From assembly GCF_001194135.2 (NCBI RefSeq), contig NC_068993.1:6543958-6607957 (forward strand): a stretch of DNA of 64,000 nt, in the 5' to 3' direction. Of the stretch, positions 1-13,857 are shown one piece after another. The notes under the pieces are model-generated. The model was not told the origin of the DNA, made no database searches, and saw nothing but the letters and a program-made list of their open reading frames with translations. Source of the DNA: Octopus bimaculoides (Eukaryota). A program made the translations under genes and the position numbers. The first letter of the stretch is position 1. Each line of letters starts with the position of its first letter.

Positions 1-41
1 TATATATATATATATATATATGTGTGTTTGTATAATTACAG

Positions 42-690
42 GTATTATTTTGAATGCAACAACTGGTTAGCCTTTGACAAAGGCGATGGCTTGATTATCC
101 GAAAATTAAAACCAACAACTGGACAGCTGTTTGATCTCTTTGAGGCGACCAAAACCAGGATCTACAGATCCTTATTTGATGACCATCTCTATTTCTCGAT
201 AGTTAAACGACCTCGTGCCAGTAAATTCACACGTGTACAGAGACTGTCGTCTGTAACAGCAATACTTTATCTGTCTCTCGTCAGTAGCGCCATGTTTTTT
301 AAACCAGACGAGAAACCTTCTGGAAGGGTGATCCGCATTGGAAGTTTAGCAATTTCTTCAAAGGAGATTTTTGTCGGAATAATTGGTTCCATAATAATGA
401 TTGTACCGACGTCTATGATCATCTTTCTTTTCAAAACACGAAAGAGCAGAGGACAACAACCAAGAGGAGATGAAGAAAAGAAGGCATCAATTAAAGAGCG
501 GCTGAAAGGGTTTCAATTCCCATGGTGGACAGTATATATTGCGTATCTGATTGTGTTTGCATCGATAGGTGCTTCGGCATTTATTACATTTACTTACAGT
601 ATGAAATGGGGAAAAGAACTATCACTACGCTGGCTGCTCTCTGTGTTCGTCAATGTGTCTGGTTCTATATTATTTGTGCAACCTTTAAAG
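42..690 (+). CDS. PKD1L exon: PLAT C-terminus and TM2-TM5
   Basis: tacag|G acceptor; YYFECNNWLAFDKGDGLIIRKL...DDHLYFSIVKRPRASKFTRVQRL...VQPLK|gtcagt. Confidence 0.95.
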
Positions 691-2617
691 GTCAGTTGTC
701 CCTTTCAATTTTATTAAATTTATTCTCTATGAAATGTAATTTCCTATAACACTCACATATATGTTAGTGCATGCATGTAAGTATGTGTGCACGCATATGT
801 AAATATCTACACACACACACGCACACACATACACACATACACACACATGACAGAAGTAAATAGACACCCTGTAAAATATCGTTTTATGTTTATTCTAACT
901 TCTAAAGGTTTATATTTTTTTTTATTAATTGACATTTTTATGTTTCAGTTTCTATGTGTGACTGTTTAATCATTCCTGAAATACTGTAAATCTGTGTCTT
1001 TCTTTTGATGAAAGACTGTGTTTAGGAGAGACTTGGCTGCTATTTGTAGTAGCTCAAGTTACCTCAGAGATATCTGTGTTTATTTGTGTGTATGCACGCG
1101 CGCATGCATGTGTATGTGTGTGTGTTTTGTTGTGGTGAAAAACTATACTTTTTCTCAGAACATTTTGCACAATAACTTTTTAAATAATCAAATTATGAAA
1201 GTTACTCTGACTACTATGCATAAAATGCAAAATATTTTATTTTTTTCTAGATTAGGCAGGCATAATTCGTCCCTACTTTTCAATCTCAGTATTAAAGCTA
1301 TGCATAGTATTGTTGTAGTACACATGCTGTGTACATTCCTACAACAATATTTTAAAGGCAGAAGTAAATCTGCTTTCAACTCAGTCGTGTGCCTGTGTTT
1401 CGCTCATTTTTTGTGTGTTTTACTACATAAAGGTCACCAACTGGTGGCACGTGCCTGATATATATGTATTGTATAACGTTTATCAACAGATGTGACTTGG
1501 TGAAACCATGAGTGTAAGGTTAAGTAAATTGTTTCTCAATCATGATGTCTCAAGTTCAATCCCACTTGAGAATACCTGTCTCTAATCTGTGTGTGTGTGT
1601 GTGTATGCCTGTGGGTATGATTACCAATCATCTGAGAACCCTTCTTCCCCTTATTTCTTTCTAGGTTGTCTTCACGGCCATGTTACTCTCCTTTATCTTT
1701 AAGTCACCATCAACTGAGGAAGACAAGTACGAAACAGACCTCTGCAGCGATCGGTTTAATGATTTGTCACAGTTTCCTGGTAAATTTGGAAGAGTTTCTT
1801 TTCAAAACATCTTCTTTCTTCCTCTTTTTCTCTAATCACATGAAAGCGTTAACGACGGGCTAAGTAACGTAATGACAAGAAGAATTATCAATAACTATTA
1901 TTGATGGCAAAATGGTTAGCAGTATTTTGTTCGTCCTTATGTTCTGAGTTCAAATTCTACTGGGGTCCACTTTGCCTTTCATCCTTTCAGGGAAGTGCTT
2001 TTTACGTGTCACCGGCACAAGACTCTTTCAGACCAATCATTTTCGCCAGTGGGAGCAGCCTTAGTACTTCTGCTATGGAGTACAGGTCTTCTTGAGTACA
2101 GCAAGGCACCAAGTATCTCAGACCTTTGTCATCTCATCTGATAGGTTCAGCGTCTGGGGGGGTCATCCTTCAGTACTTTGTCCCATGTCTTCTGGGGTCT
2201 CCCTTTTCCACAAGAGAGATCAGCAGCTCAATAAAATAAATTACCAGTCATACACTGGGGGACAATGCTACCAGTTAACCCCCTCCCCTCGAAATTACTA
2301 AATCAAAAACCATTATTTTATTTTACTTCTTTTTCAGTTGTTCCAAAGGAATCCTTGAAAATCTGTCCCATGCCAAATTTGGCATCTGAAGATTGGCAGA
2401 AGAAGAAAGAAATCCTGCAACTCGATTATAAACTCTTCAATATGTTCCAGTCCCTTTTCTTCCGTTGTTTATATATTGTACTTTTGCTAATTCTTATTGC
2501 TAATGAATCGGTAAACAAATGTTTTCAGCAGAATAATTCTATTGAAAATATTTTCCACATCAAAAAATTCTCACAGGTAAATATATATATATATAATTAA
2601 ATGAATACCTGCATCAT

Positions 2618-2658
<41 letters not shown>

Positions 2659-4714
2659 CTAGCACCATCACCATAAGGGATATTAGACTGTCATTTCTAT
2701 CAGGTCAAGCAGATAAGGAGATTACAGGTAGGATCTCTCACTAGGTTGCTTTTTTTTTTTCTCATCTAAAATACACTTCCATTATATTCTTAACCATTTT
2801 TTTATAATTAGAAAGGTGGTATTGAATTGATGTGGGATTGGATAGAAAAATATGCTGTTCCAGGAATCTTCCCACTCACAGACAGTAATGGTAAAGAACT
2901 GAAACTGTACGACCAATATTTCCTGCCAGACAAAACCAACAGGCGTCTTGGAGGCATTCGTCTGAGACAGATAAGAATGGTAAAAGGTAAATATAATTTA
3001 CAAACAGTGATTATTCCATTTTGTTTCTTACCATTTTGCCCAAGAACCTGTTTCGATTATGCCTTGTAGCATTCAACTACATCTCTTTACATTCTGAGTT
3101 CAAATCCTTCCAAGGCTGGCTTTGTTCTTTATCCTCTTGGTTTCATCATCGTTTAACATCATGTTCCATACTGGCATGGAGTGAATAGTTTTGAGGGAAT
3201 CCTGTGGAACCAAGGAGTGCAACATGCTCCAATGTCTGCCTTAATATGTCTTCTATGAGTGGATACCCTTCTTAATGTCAACCAATTCGCAGAATGGACT
3301 GGGTGTTGTTTTTTTGTGCCACAAGAACTAGTGAGATTACTATGTAGCTTGCAAGGCTATGAACCACAAGAAAGACAACTTTATGCTAGGAGATAAGGAA
3401 CTATGCAGTTGAGGTGGGCCGGAAGTATAGGGTCAGTGATGTCACACGAACGGCCGAGGGGCCTTGCTGGAAGAGAAATGAGGCAGGTCATGTAAGCAGA
3501 AGCATGACTAACATGGGCCTCTTTTGCGTTGGGACTTTTGCTCGGGATGAATGTGGTGGCTGCATGAGTTGAGTGAGTTGGTAATAAGGTTCTGGTCAGA
3601 GTAGGGTTCCAATGGATATATCCCAGTTGGAAAGGATCAACATTACAAAAGAACCTGCTAGGTGAATTATGCCTTCTTCCCCCATACCATAAGCTATTTT
3701 GGCCCTCGTGCATTTTTCTCTCTCCCACCCCTTTCTGAATGATATGTCAACAAAAATAAGGAGTGGTATCAACGCCGTCATTACTTAATTACTTTGTGTG
3801 TTTCCAGTTCCATGTCACATGTCAAGAATAATCAAAATGTGCATTCCAAACTATTCTGCAGAACATGAAGATACAAAGGATTATCTACCAGGTAAACATC
3901 CATCATAATTATTGTCATCACTGTCATCTTCATCATCATCATCATCATCATCCCCATCAACATCATTTTTGTTTTACCGGTCACTTTTACATGCTCACAT
4001 GAGTTGGATGGAATTTGCAGAAGGAGATTTACTATACTTGGGTGCCCTTTCTGTCACCGACCCTCATATGTTTCCAAGCAAGTTAACTTTTCCTCGTGAC
4101 CACACATATTTTCATAGAAGTTTACAAATAAAGGACATCGGTTGTTTACAACTATCATGCAATAATAAGACAACAACAACAACAACAACACACACACACA
4201 CACATAGATACAAAGACATATACACATCCACATATGCTAGAGTTTTTTCAGTTTCTCTCTACCAAATCCACTTGCAAGGCTTTGGTTGGCCCAGGGCTAT
4301 AATACAAGAGACTTGACCAATGCATCATGCAATGAAACTGAACCTGAAATCATGTGGCTGGTAAGCAAACTTCTTAACCACAAGTGCCTTGCCCGCACCT
4401 ATATATACAGTGACCCGCAAAAGTTTACAACGCACAATCAAAAATCCAAATTTACATATATTGAGTCAATGCAGGTTAATGAAATTTCCACTGTTTATGA
4501 AATTGTTCGTAATAAATTCAATGCAACAATCAGAATTACATAATAATGAGCAGAAACTAAACTCAAGGCACTGCAGGAAGACCTGGAAGCATATAAAGTC
4601 CATGTGAGCAAGGATACAATATATGTTAACTTGAGCTTTTCCCTGTGTGTTTTAAACTTTTGCGAGTCACTGTAGTTATAGAAGTACAAGCTTAGCTGGA
4701 TATATGTGTATGTG

Positions 4715-4747
<33 letters not shown>

Positions 4748-6222
4748 GTATGTATGTAGTGTGTATGTATGTATGAATGTTGTGTTATGCAATGTGGTCT
4801 TAAAAAAATGTATAAACTGTCCAGAATTTGAAACCACATATACATGGTCATGAGTGGAAGCCTGTTACCACTAGACCATGACCCTTTTACATGTGCATTT
4901 CAGGAAATAATAAAATGATTTAATCATTGTTATAATTACTCTTCCTTAATGCAGGCTGGAAAATTGGTGCCAAGCAGAAAGAAGAGGATAAATATATAAC
5001 TGCTGCATTCAAATATACTTCTGAAGAAAAAGCTGGATATAGCTTCATTCATTATGGAATACAAGGAAGTTATAAAAGTGCTGGTTATATCATTGATATA
5101 AACGAGAGACACAAGAAAGCAAAATCATTGTTCGAGAAACTTCGTTTGAACACCTGGATAGACGAGCGTACCCGAGTGGTAACCATTGACATTAGCACAT
5201 ACAATGCTAATTCTGGGCTTTTCACATCAACTAAAATTGTGATTGAGAGATTGTCCTGTGGTAGAATGGAGCCATCTATTCTTTCACTCAGCTTCAAGTT
5301 CCATCCATTTGTTGATCCTCTGGATTACTTGGTGCTGCTGATAATTATCATCGTTGGAATTCTGTGTTTGATAACTTTGGCAGGAGTTGTCATAGCCATT
5401 AAGAAACGACGCATGCAAGCCCTGCGTGAATATCACACCCTCATCAATATGGCAACTGTAATCTCCATCCTAGTCATCCAGATTGGCTTCGGTTTGAGAA
5501 TTGACGCTCTTCTTCAAATTCAGGATAAATTGGTCAAGAATCCAGGTAAACAGTTTTAATTTTAATATATATGTTTTTAGTGCAATGTGGTGACAGAATC
5601 ATTAGCACACCAGGCAAAATGCTTAGTGGCATTTCGTCTGATTTCACATTTTGATTTCAAATTCCGCCAAGGTCAACTTTGCTTGTCGTCCTTTCAGGGT
5701 TGATCAAATAAGTACCGGTTGAACACTGGAGTTGATGTGAACGACTTTTCCCTCACCTGAAATTGCAGGCCTTGTGTGAAAATATGAAATTAAGGCATTC
5801 CTTTTTGTGAAAGAGCGTAGGCTTGAAACATCAAAAATTCTTCCATTTTTCCAGAGCGTCAAATTAATATATCTTGTTTGTTGCTCCCTTACCTGGCTCT
5901 GTTTTTTTTTGTATTTTGTTTTTGTACATTTTGAACCTTATGCATACACACACACACACACACACACACATACACACACAAACACACACACACACAAATA
6001 TCAGGTCATCCTATAAGTAATGTCCTAAATATCATATATGTAATTTCCATTGAATTTTACAATTTTCTAAAATGCCAAATGAGATTGATTTTTTCGTACA
6101 TAGACTTGCCTAACTTGCTTCTCCTTACAATCTACTCCTCTACCTGCTCAAATTCAAATCTCTTAAGTACTATGAAGTGTATTCTGCATGGAGAATACCT
6201 GTCTCTAATCTATCTGTCTATC

Positions 6223-6293
<71 letters not shown>

Positions 6294-6311
6294 AAATGTA
6301 AATATATATAA

Positions 6312-6348
<37 letters not shown>

Positions 6349-7571
6349 NNNNNNNNNNNNNNNNNNNNNNNNNNNNNNNNNNNNNNNNNNNNNNNNNNNN
6401 ATATATACATACATATATGTATGTATATATATATATATATATGTATATATATGTATATATATATATGCACATATATGTATATATATTACACTCTCTGAGT
6501 GGTTGGCGTTAGGAAGGGCATCCAGCTGTAGAAACTCTGCCAAATTTAGATTGGAGCCTGGTGTTGCCATCCGGTTTCACCAGTCCTCAGTCAAATCGTC
6601 CAACCCATGCTAGCATGGAAAGCGGACGTTAAACGATGATGATGATGATGATGATGATTCTGTATAGTTATTACATGATTTTATTATTTCAGATGCCTAT
6701 GTATCAGGGAACTTAATGGCATCCAGAGTGATGGTGTATTTTGCTGGTCTCTGTGCCTGTGTGGTAGTATTCGCCATCAAGCTATTACAACCACTTGCCT
6801 TGAATTACCACCTGTTCTTGATGAAGGCCAGTATCATGCTATCGCTGCCATCCATCGCATCATTCAGCGTCGTCCTTTTCTTCCTTATGACAGCTTTTGC
6901 AATCGGCATTCATATAACTTTCAATAACGTATCGATATATTTCATCGATTTGAAATCCACCTACCTGGCTCTCTTCCGCATTTTCCTTGCCATGGGCAAA
7001 TTCAAAGAGACTTTCGGTTTAGATAACATCATGTCGAACATGGTTTTCTTCATCTACACCTTGCTCGTGTCTATCATTCTGTTAAATGTATGCATTAGTA
7101 TTATCAACGATACGTTTAGCTTTGTCAAAAGCAGGATTAATTCTCTTGGATTTGAATACTGTTTTGATTTCAAACTCAACGAACATTTCTGGTATAGAAT
7201 GACCACTCTCTTTTACAAGAAGAAAATATCCAGTGAAGGTTATTATTATTATTATTATTTTCTTTTCTTTTTTGTTTATTCTTTTATTCTTTTATTTGTT
7301 TCAGTCATTTGACTGCGGCCATGCTCACAGTATAGGCGACTTGTCAGACTCAAATGGCTGAAGGCACATAGCCTCTCTACAACCGGAAGAAGAAATACAA
7401 ATCCAACTCGCCATTATGTATGTCTTCCTCTAGTTGTAGAGAGGTCATATGTCTTCAAACATTTGAGTCTGATGAGGCTGACGCTTTATATGTGCAAAAT
7501 CAATGGTCACTCTCTGATTGGCCACAGCATTTTAACTTCCTACAATGTATGTGTGTATATATATATGTGCA

Positions 7572-7637
<66 letters not shown>

Positions 7638-8744
7638 TGTGTGTGTGTGTGTATATATATATGTTCCTTTTTCTTCCTGGGAAAACGAAGCATCAGAATG
7701 CATGACCTGATGTCAATCCTGCTTCTCAGTTCAAGTATTTGAGCCAAGTTGATTCCAACATCTGGACCAACTTCGTGCAAGCATGAAGGCATGCTGACAA
7801 AACGCTGCTCCTCTAAATGGAAACCTTCCTGCTGTCATGGTATTGTAGCACAAAGCAAAGCAGGCCTTGCCTTCCACTCTAGAAAATATATAATGAATGA
7901 TGCCCAAGCAGTCAAGCAAACGGATTCCTTAACTCGTTCCTTTTGCCAAAAGGTTTGCAAAGTACTGGAAGGCCTCAAGAGATGGTCACATATTTTGTGG
8001 ACACATTCGTATCCATAGAACATGATAAACGCTTTATTTTACTGAATCCTCATTTGTTGTTCATGACAAGAGAATCCATCAAATATATTGGTGTTAGTAT
8101 ATGTGTATACGTTTCCATTATAATGTAATAATATTATTCTAGACATACATTTTTCTAAAACTTCATTTTCCTTTTTGTCTGCTTCAAGAGAAATATTTAC
8201 CAGTGAGAATGAATTCTCAGATAACAAAGAAAGTATTTCAAAAAGTAAGTTAACTTTTTCCCTGATTTTAATCCGATGTTTTATATTTTCTTTTCACAAA
8301 CTGGAATTAATTCTTACCAAAGTGTTTCATCTGGACTCTTACAATAGTAGAATTAATTCTTTATATTTAAACTGGCCATATCCAGTCCAAATATTCTACA
8401 TGTTTTATGTTGAAACTGGCCAGATCCAACCAGTCACACATAACCTACAATATTTACATTATTTACATTTGATGGATATTTGTCCTCATCTTGTTCATTG
8501 TTAACACAACATTTCAGCAGATATCCCTTCCAGCCTTCATCAGGTGTCTTGGGGAAATTTCGAACCTTCACTGGATGATACCTCAACTTCAATTCTCACC
8601 ATCCATACAGTGTAAAGAGAGGGATTGCTCAGTGCCTAAAACGTTGAGCAAAGAATATAAGTAGCGATTGTGATACACACCATGAAGAAATGATCAACTC
8701 AATAACAATCTGTTAAGCAACAACTACCCAAAATAATAATAATG

Positions 8745-8801
<57 letters not shown>

Positions 8802-11800
8802 TTGAAAAATACCTTAGGAAATGAGAACCTAGGTTCGAAATTTCCCCAAGACACCTGATGAAGGCTGGAAGGTATATCAGCCGAAACGTTGTGTTAACAA
8901 CAAAGAAGATGAGGACAAATATCTGTCAAATGTAANNNNNNNNNNNNNNNNNNNNNNNNNNNNNNNNNNNNNNNNNNNNNNNNNNNNNNNNNNNNNNNNN
9001 NNNNNNNNNNNNNNNNNNNNNNNNNNNNNNNNNNNNNNNNNNNNNNNNNNNNNNNNNNNNNNNNNNNNNNNNNNNNNNNNNNNNNNNNNNNNNNNNNNNN
9101 NNNNNNNNNNNNNNNNNNNNNNNNNNNNNNNNNNNNNNNNNNNNNNNNNNNNNNNNNNNNNNNNNNNNNNNNNNNNNNNNNNNNNNNNNNNNNNNNNNNN
9201 NNNNNNNNNNNNNNNNNNNNNNNNNNNNNNNNNNNNNNNNNNNNNNNNNNNNNNNNNNNNNNNNNNNNNNNNNCAAAGGTCTCGGTCAGTAGTCATCGCC
9301 TCGGTGAGGCCCAATGTACGAAGGTCTTGCCTCACCACCTCAGCCCAGGTCTTCCTGGGCCTACCTCTTCCACGGGTTCCCTCAACTGTTAGGGTGTGGC
9401 ACTTTTTCACACAGCTATCCTCATCCATTCTCACCACATGTCCATACCAGCGCAATCGTCTCTCTTGCACACCACAACTGATGCTTCTAATGTTCAGCTT
9501 TTCTCTCAAGATACTTACAGTCTGACGGGTATTCACATTGACATTACACATCCAACGGAGCATACTGGCTTCATTCCTTGCGAGCTTACGTATGTCCTCA
9601 AATTCCTCATCTCTTAAATATAGAACTATAACCTACAATGTCTGTCATTCTAAAAATAAACAATCACAGCTTCAAAATTTTGAAAGGATAAGATACTTCA
9701 TAAAGCATTACAATTGATAAATTAATCTGAATGCTAAAGAGTTAAGCCCTCACCAAAATATTTTATTTACCATCTTGGAGTAGAATAAATTCGCAGCAGA
9801 ATATTTTGATTGAAGTACAAATATTGTTGTCCTGTATTATATCATCACCACCACCCTGTGTTACATCATTGCCATCACCATCATCATCATCATCATCATC
9901 ACCACCATCACCACCATTACCACCACTACCAAGACCACCACCACCACCACCACCACCACCACCACCAATTCGTTATTTCTGGGAGTTTAGTGTTTAGTTT
10001 TCCTTCACTCACAAGATATCGGTGATGCCAATGCTACCTAATGTTCTCCTAATTTGACTAATGTTACTTCCTTTTTTCACAAACTTTCAGTTCGATCTTC
10101 TCGTTTGTGAGTCCATCAGTGACTTTGAAGAAATAAGTTGGATGCTGCTGAAGAAATACATAAATTGTTATCTGGATATGCATCTCAGGAAACCTGACTT
10201 TGAAAGCGTCCAGACCAAATTACACGGTGCCAGTGATGCTATGAAGCTTTTCCAGCCAGTTTTCACAGACCTGTGCCAGATAGGAAACCAATTGGAAGTT
10301 AAAAAGATCTGCAATGGAGGAACATCATGGACACTTTGGTAATAACAGGAACATTTAATACGATATAGATATTAAAAATTTGCTTAATTTTATTTTTGAC
10401 ATAGACATCATAAAAATGTATAAACTTCAAGAGAATGTTAAATAATTTAGTTTTGGAACAGTGGGTCTTGAAGCATTTACAGCTATAAATAATAGCATGT
10501 AAATATTAAGTTAAAAAGACACTTGCTTAGAAAAAGTTGAAGGCTGCCCATGGGATATGAACCTACATCTCCTGTAAATATGATAGGTGTTCTACCATTG
10601 AACCAAAGCAATTTTTGCCAATTTAAAAACTGAAGTTTTAACTCCAGGTCAGGCTTGACTAAGCAGACTTTGACAAGAAGAGTTCAGCTGTGACCACCCC
10701 ATCAGTGTTTTGTATATCTAAGCATCATAGGCATATAGAAGCAGTGAAGAAGCAAATATGGTAAACCGGTGCATGAAATACCTTATTATATTTACTATAT
10801 TTAATGGCATAAAAGAGTGGCATATTAGGTGCAACTTCCTTTTCAGCAATGTGTATTCTGGGAAAAACAGTTTGTAATGTATTAAAGTATGCATTGTTAC
10901 ATGTTCTGATCCACGGTTCACTTCCTGTGCTCTGCAATGCTTCATCAACCAAAAAGGGACAGAAGCTTCAGTGAAGGAGTTCTTCACCTCGAAGAACAAG
11001 AACTGGTATCAGCGTGGGAACAAAGAACTGGTAGAAAATCGGTTTCACATGGTGCAAAACGATGGCCTCTCTGTTGAATGCAAGGCAGCGTTTTTTGTAA
11101 CTTGATAAATAAGGTAAATAAGTTACCAAAATATTGATTTCAAATTTTAGCATAAAGCCAGCATTTTGTGGGGCGGGAATAAGTCAATTACATCGACCCC
11201 AGTGTTTAACTGGTACTCATTTCATCGACTCCGAAAAGAGGAAAGGCAAAGTTGACCTCGGTGGAATTTGAACTCAGAAAGTAAGGATGGATGAAATGCC
11301 ACGAAACATTTTGCCTGGTGTGCAAAACAATTCTGCCAACTTGCCGCCTTAACATGGCAAAACATTTGACTCAACACAATGATAAAGGCCCAACTTTGCA
11401 TATAGGATCCAAGATGATATTTTAAAAACCGTTTTGGGGCAGAAATTGCATTTTATATGCCTTCAAATATGGGAGTTTAATTTTTCATTTTTCTATGTTC
11501 AATTTCCATACCAGTAACAGTTCTGCTTTTTGTCTCTCTGGGGCTGATACAATGACTAACAACTATGTCAGTGAAGGAAGGAATTTGTTCCAATTAGTAG
11601 TCTTGAAACGGTATACAGAAAGTTTTATTTTTACATCCATAAATTATATATAATTTTTTCATTATTATCTGTCCTATATAATTCCTACTGTTACTAATTA
11701 AAAATTTTCTTTTAATTCTTTTTAAAATTCCAAAACAACAAACAAACGAAAAATGAACATAACTAATTAAACAATACATAAAATAAACAAACAAACATAT

Positions 11801-13822
11801 ACAAAAAAAAAAAAAACAGGTATTATTGGAAATATAAGGACCCAGTTCTGAAAGTATGCTGTAAATGCCACAATGAAGTTCCTGAAATATTATGTTATGA
11901 TGTGACTGATAAAAAATATCAGATGTTACCACAAATGCAACAATCCCAGTTTGTGGGTCCTGTCGTCTGGATTTGTCAACCAACAACCTGTAATGTAGAC
12001 CAGGTAAGGATCACTAAGTTAGTCTTACTCTGCAGGAGTCATCAGTTAAGCTTGTACAAAAAGGGGTTATTAATTTGGTCCAGTGATATTTTCTTGGTCA
12101 GAGACCAGTGATTAAAACACAAGTATGATTATATAGGGGTGGTCATAGCCGCGTGGTTAAGAAATTTGCTTCGTAACCATGTGGTTTTGAGTTCTCGCCC
12201 AATGTATGTATATGTATGTTCTCTCCCAATGTATGTATATGTAGTCTTTTATGCTTGTATATTTTACAGTCAACCTTAGAGATTACATCATTCTGTCATG
12301 AAACCCTTCACCAATATCACTGCTGTGAACTCATTGAAAGCAGTGATGGAATTAATTGGTCAAATTATGATGATGATGATGATATGATTGACTGCAATGA
12401 AGTGATGTCTCCTCATTTAGAAGAGGTATGAGAAACAGTTAACGATCTTTGTTTAGTAGATATTATGTGTATATATATACATGCTTGTGTATGTATATGC
12501 ATATGTATCTCTGTGTGTGCATATAGATATATGTTTATATATATATATTATATATATTTATATTATATATATATATATAATATATGCATTTTATATATAT
12601 ATATTTATATATATGTATATGTAATATATATAACTGTTATCTATCCCATTCAAATATTTAATAATAGCGTTTAATAATCTAATAATTTAGCTTTTACTCA
12701 ACCTTTGCTTGTTGCCACTCATTCCACAACACACACACACAATTCCTTCCCAGCCAGTAACTGAAAAAGCCTTCTGCCCAACCTACACCTCGCATACATC
12801 TCATACAAACTTCTTACATATCTATGCTGTAACCACAAATCTCTTGTTTTTCTGTTCCACATTGCATCACCTCTGATACTTCTGACACCTGTGCCGCCAC
12901 CACCACCACCATGGTTTTTATGGTGAACATCAACATCCTCAACAACAACACCAACAATAGCATAGTTACGAAGATGAGAAGTTGATAAGACAGCTACCCT
13001 GTTATATTGCTCTCACCAAGCGGATGAGAGCAGAAACCTGGCTGTTTCATGGCACAAAGCTGGTCTCGTCTTTGGAACCAAACCTCTCCATTATGATCCC
13101 ACTAGAAGCAAGTCTCTCTCAGAAGATCGTCCTAAGACTTAAAGTAAGATATATCTTCATCTCTTAGACTTGGATATGTATGTATGTGTGTATGCATGTA
13201 TATTTGAAAGCATGAATTTTGTGTGTGTGTGTGTGTGTGTTTGTGTGTGTGTGAGTACGTGTGCATGAAAGCTTGAAAGTGTGACTGAAAGCTTGGGGAG
13301 GGGAAGTGGCAGGACTAGTAGCAAAATATTTTCATGTAATACAATACAGGTTTTTCTAAGGATGTTGGCAGTACTTGTCAGCACAATCTTTTGGATTCCT
13401 CTGAGCCATGGTTCTCCTGGGATATAATCTACGTTTCTGATATCCCTTTCTTATCATACCTATTATTATTATTATCATCATCATCATCATCATTATTGTC
13501 ATTGTCATCGTTGTTTTTGTTGTTGTTGTTATTATTATTAGTCGCATAAAATTAATACTGTGACCATGTTTTCTTCTAGTTAAACCCTTACCAACCGATA
13601 CCTCAGTTGTTCCTCACCTTCAACATAGATTTACAGCAACCAATCACCGTCCATTTTTCCACTACAAGCAATACTACATTTCCAGGTAAGTGAACCAACA
13701 CAAAGAAACCCATCTCTTCAACCAATGCCACAGAAGTATTGTTCTCATTACTACTGCTGCTCTCATCTTGTTGTTACTGTTGCTGTTATTCTTACCAACA
13801 TCAACTTGTCTTGTTGGTTTGT

Positions 13823-13857
<35 letters not shown>

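Larger units (their letters stand above)
8353..9745. mobile_element. piggyBac-type MITE (TTAA-CCCTTT ends) split by nested insertions
   Basis: Left part (tttaaactggccatatccag) and right part (gtcattctaaaaat...aatgctaaagagttaa) are collinear with the less-disrupted copies at about 26996-27205 and 42665-42882. Confidence 0.6.

Noticed and set aside
8191-8244. Alternative reading EIFTSENEFSDNKESISK of the small exon
   Set aside because: It exits in phase 1, which hits a stop in exon 10091; the 8189 acceptor keeps the frame.
13580-13685. Phase-1 reading KPLPTDTSVVPH...YYISR of this exon
   Set aside because: The phase-0 reading matches the upstream exon phase, gives the ZU5-like PITV motif and joins exon 14647.
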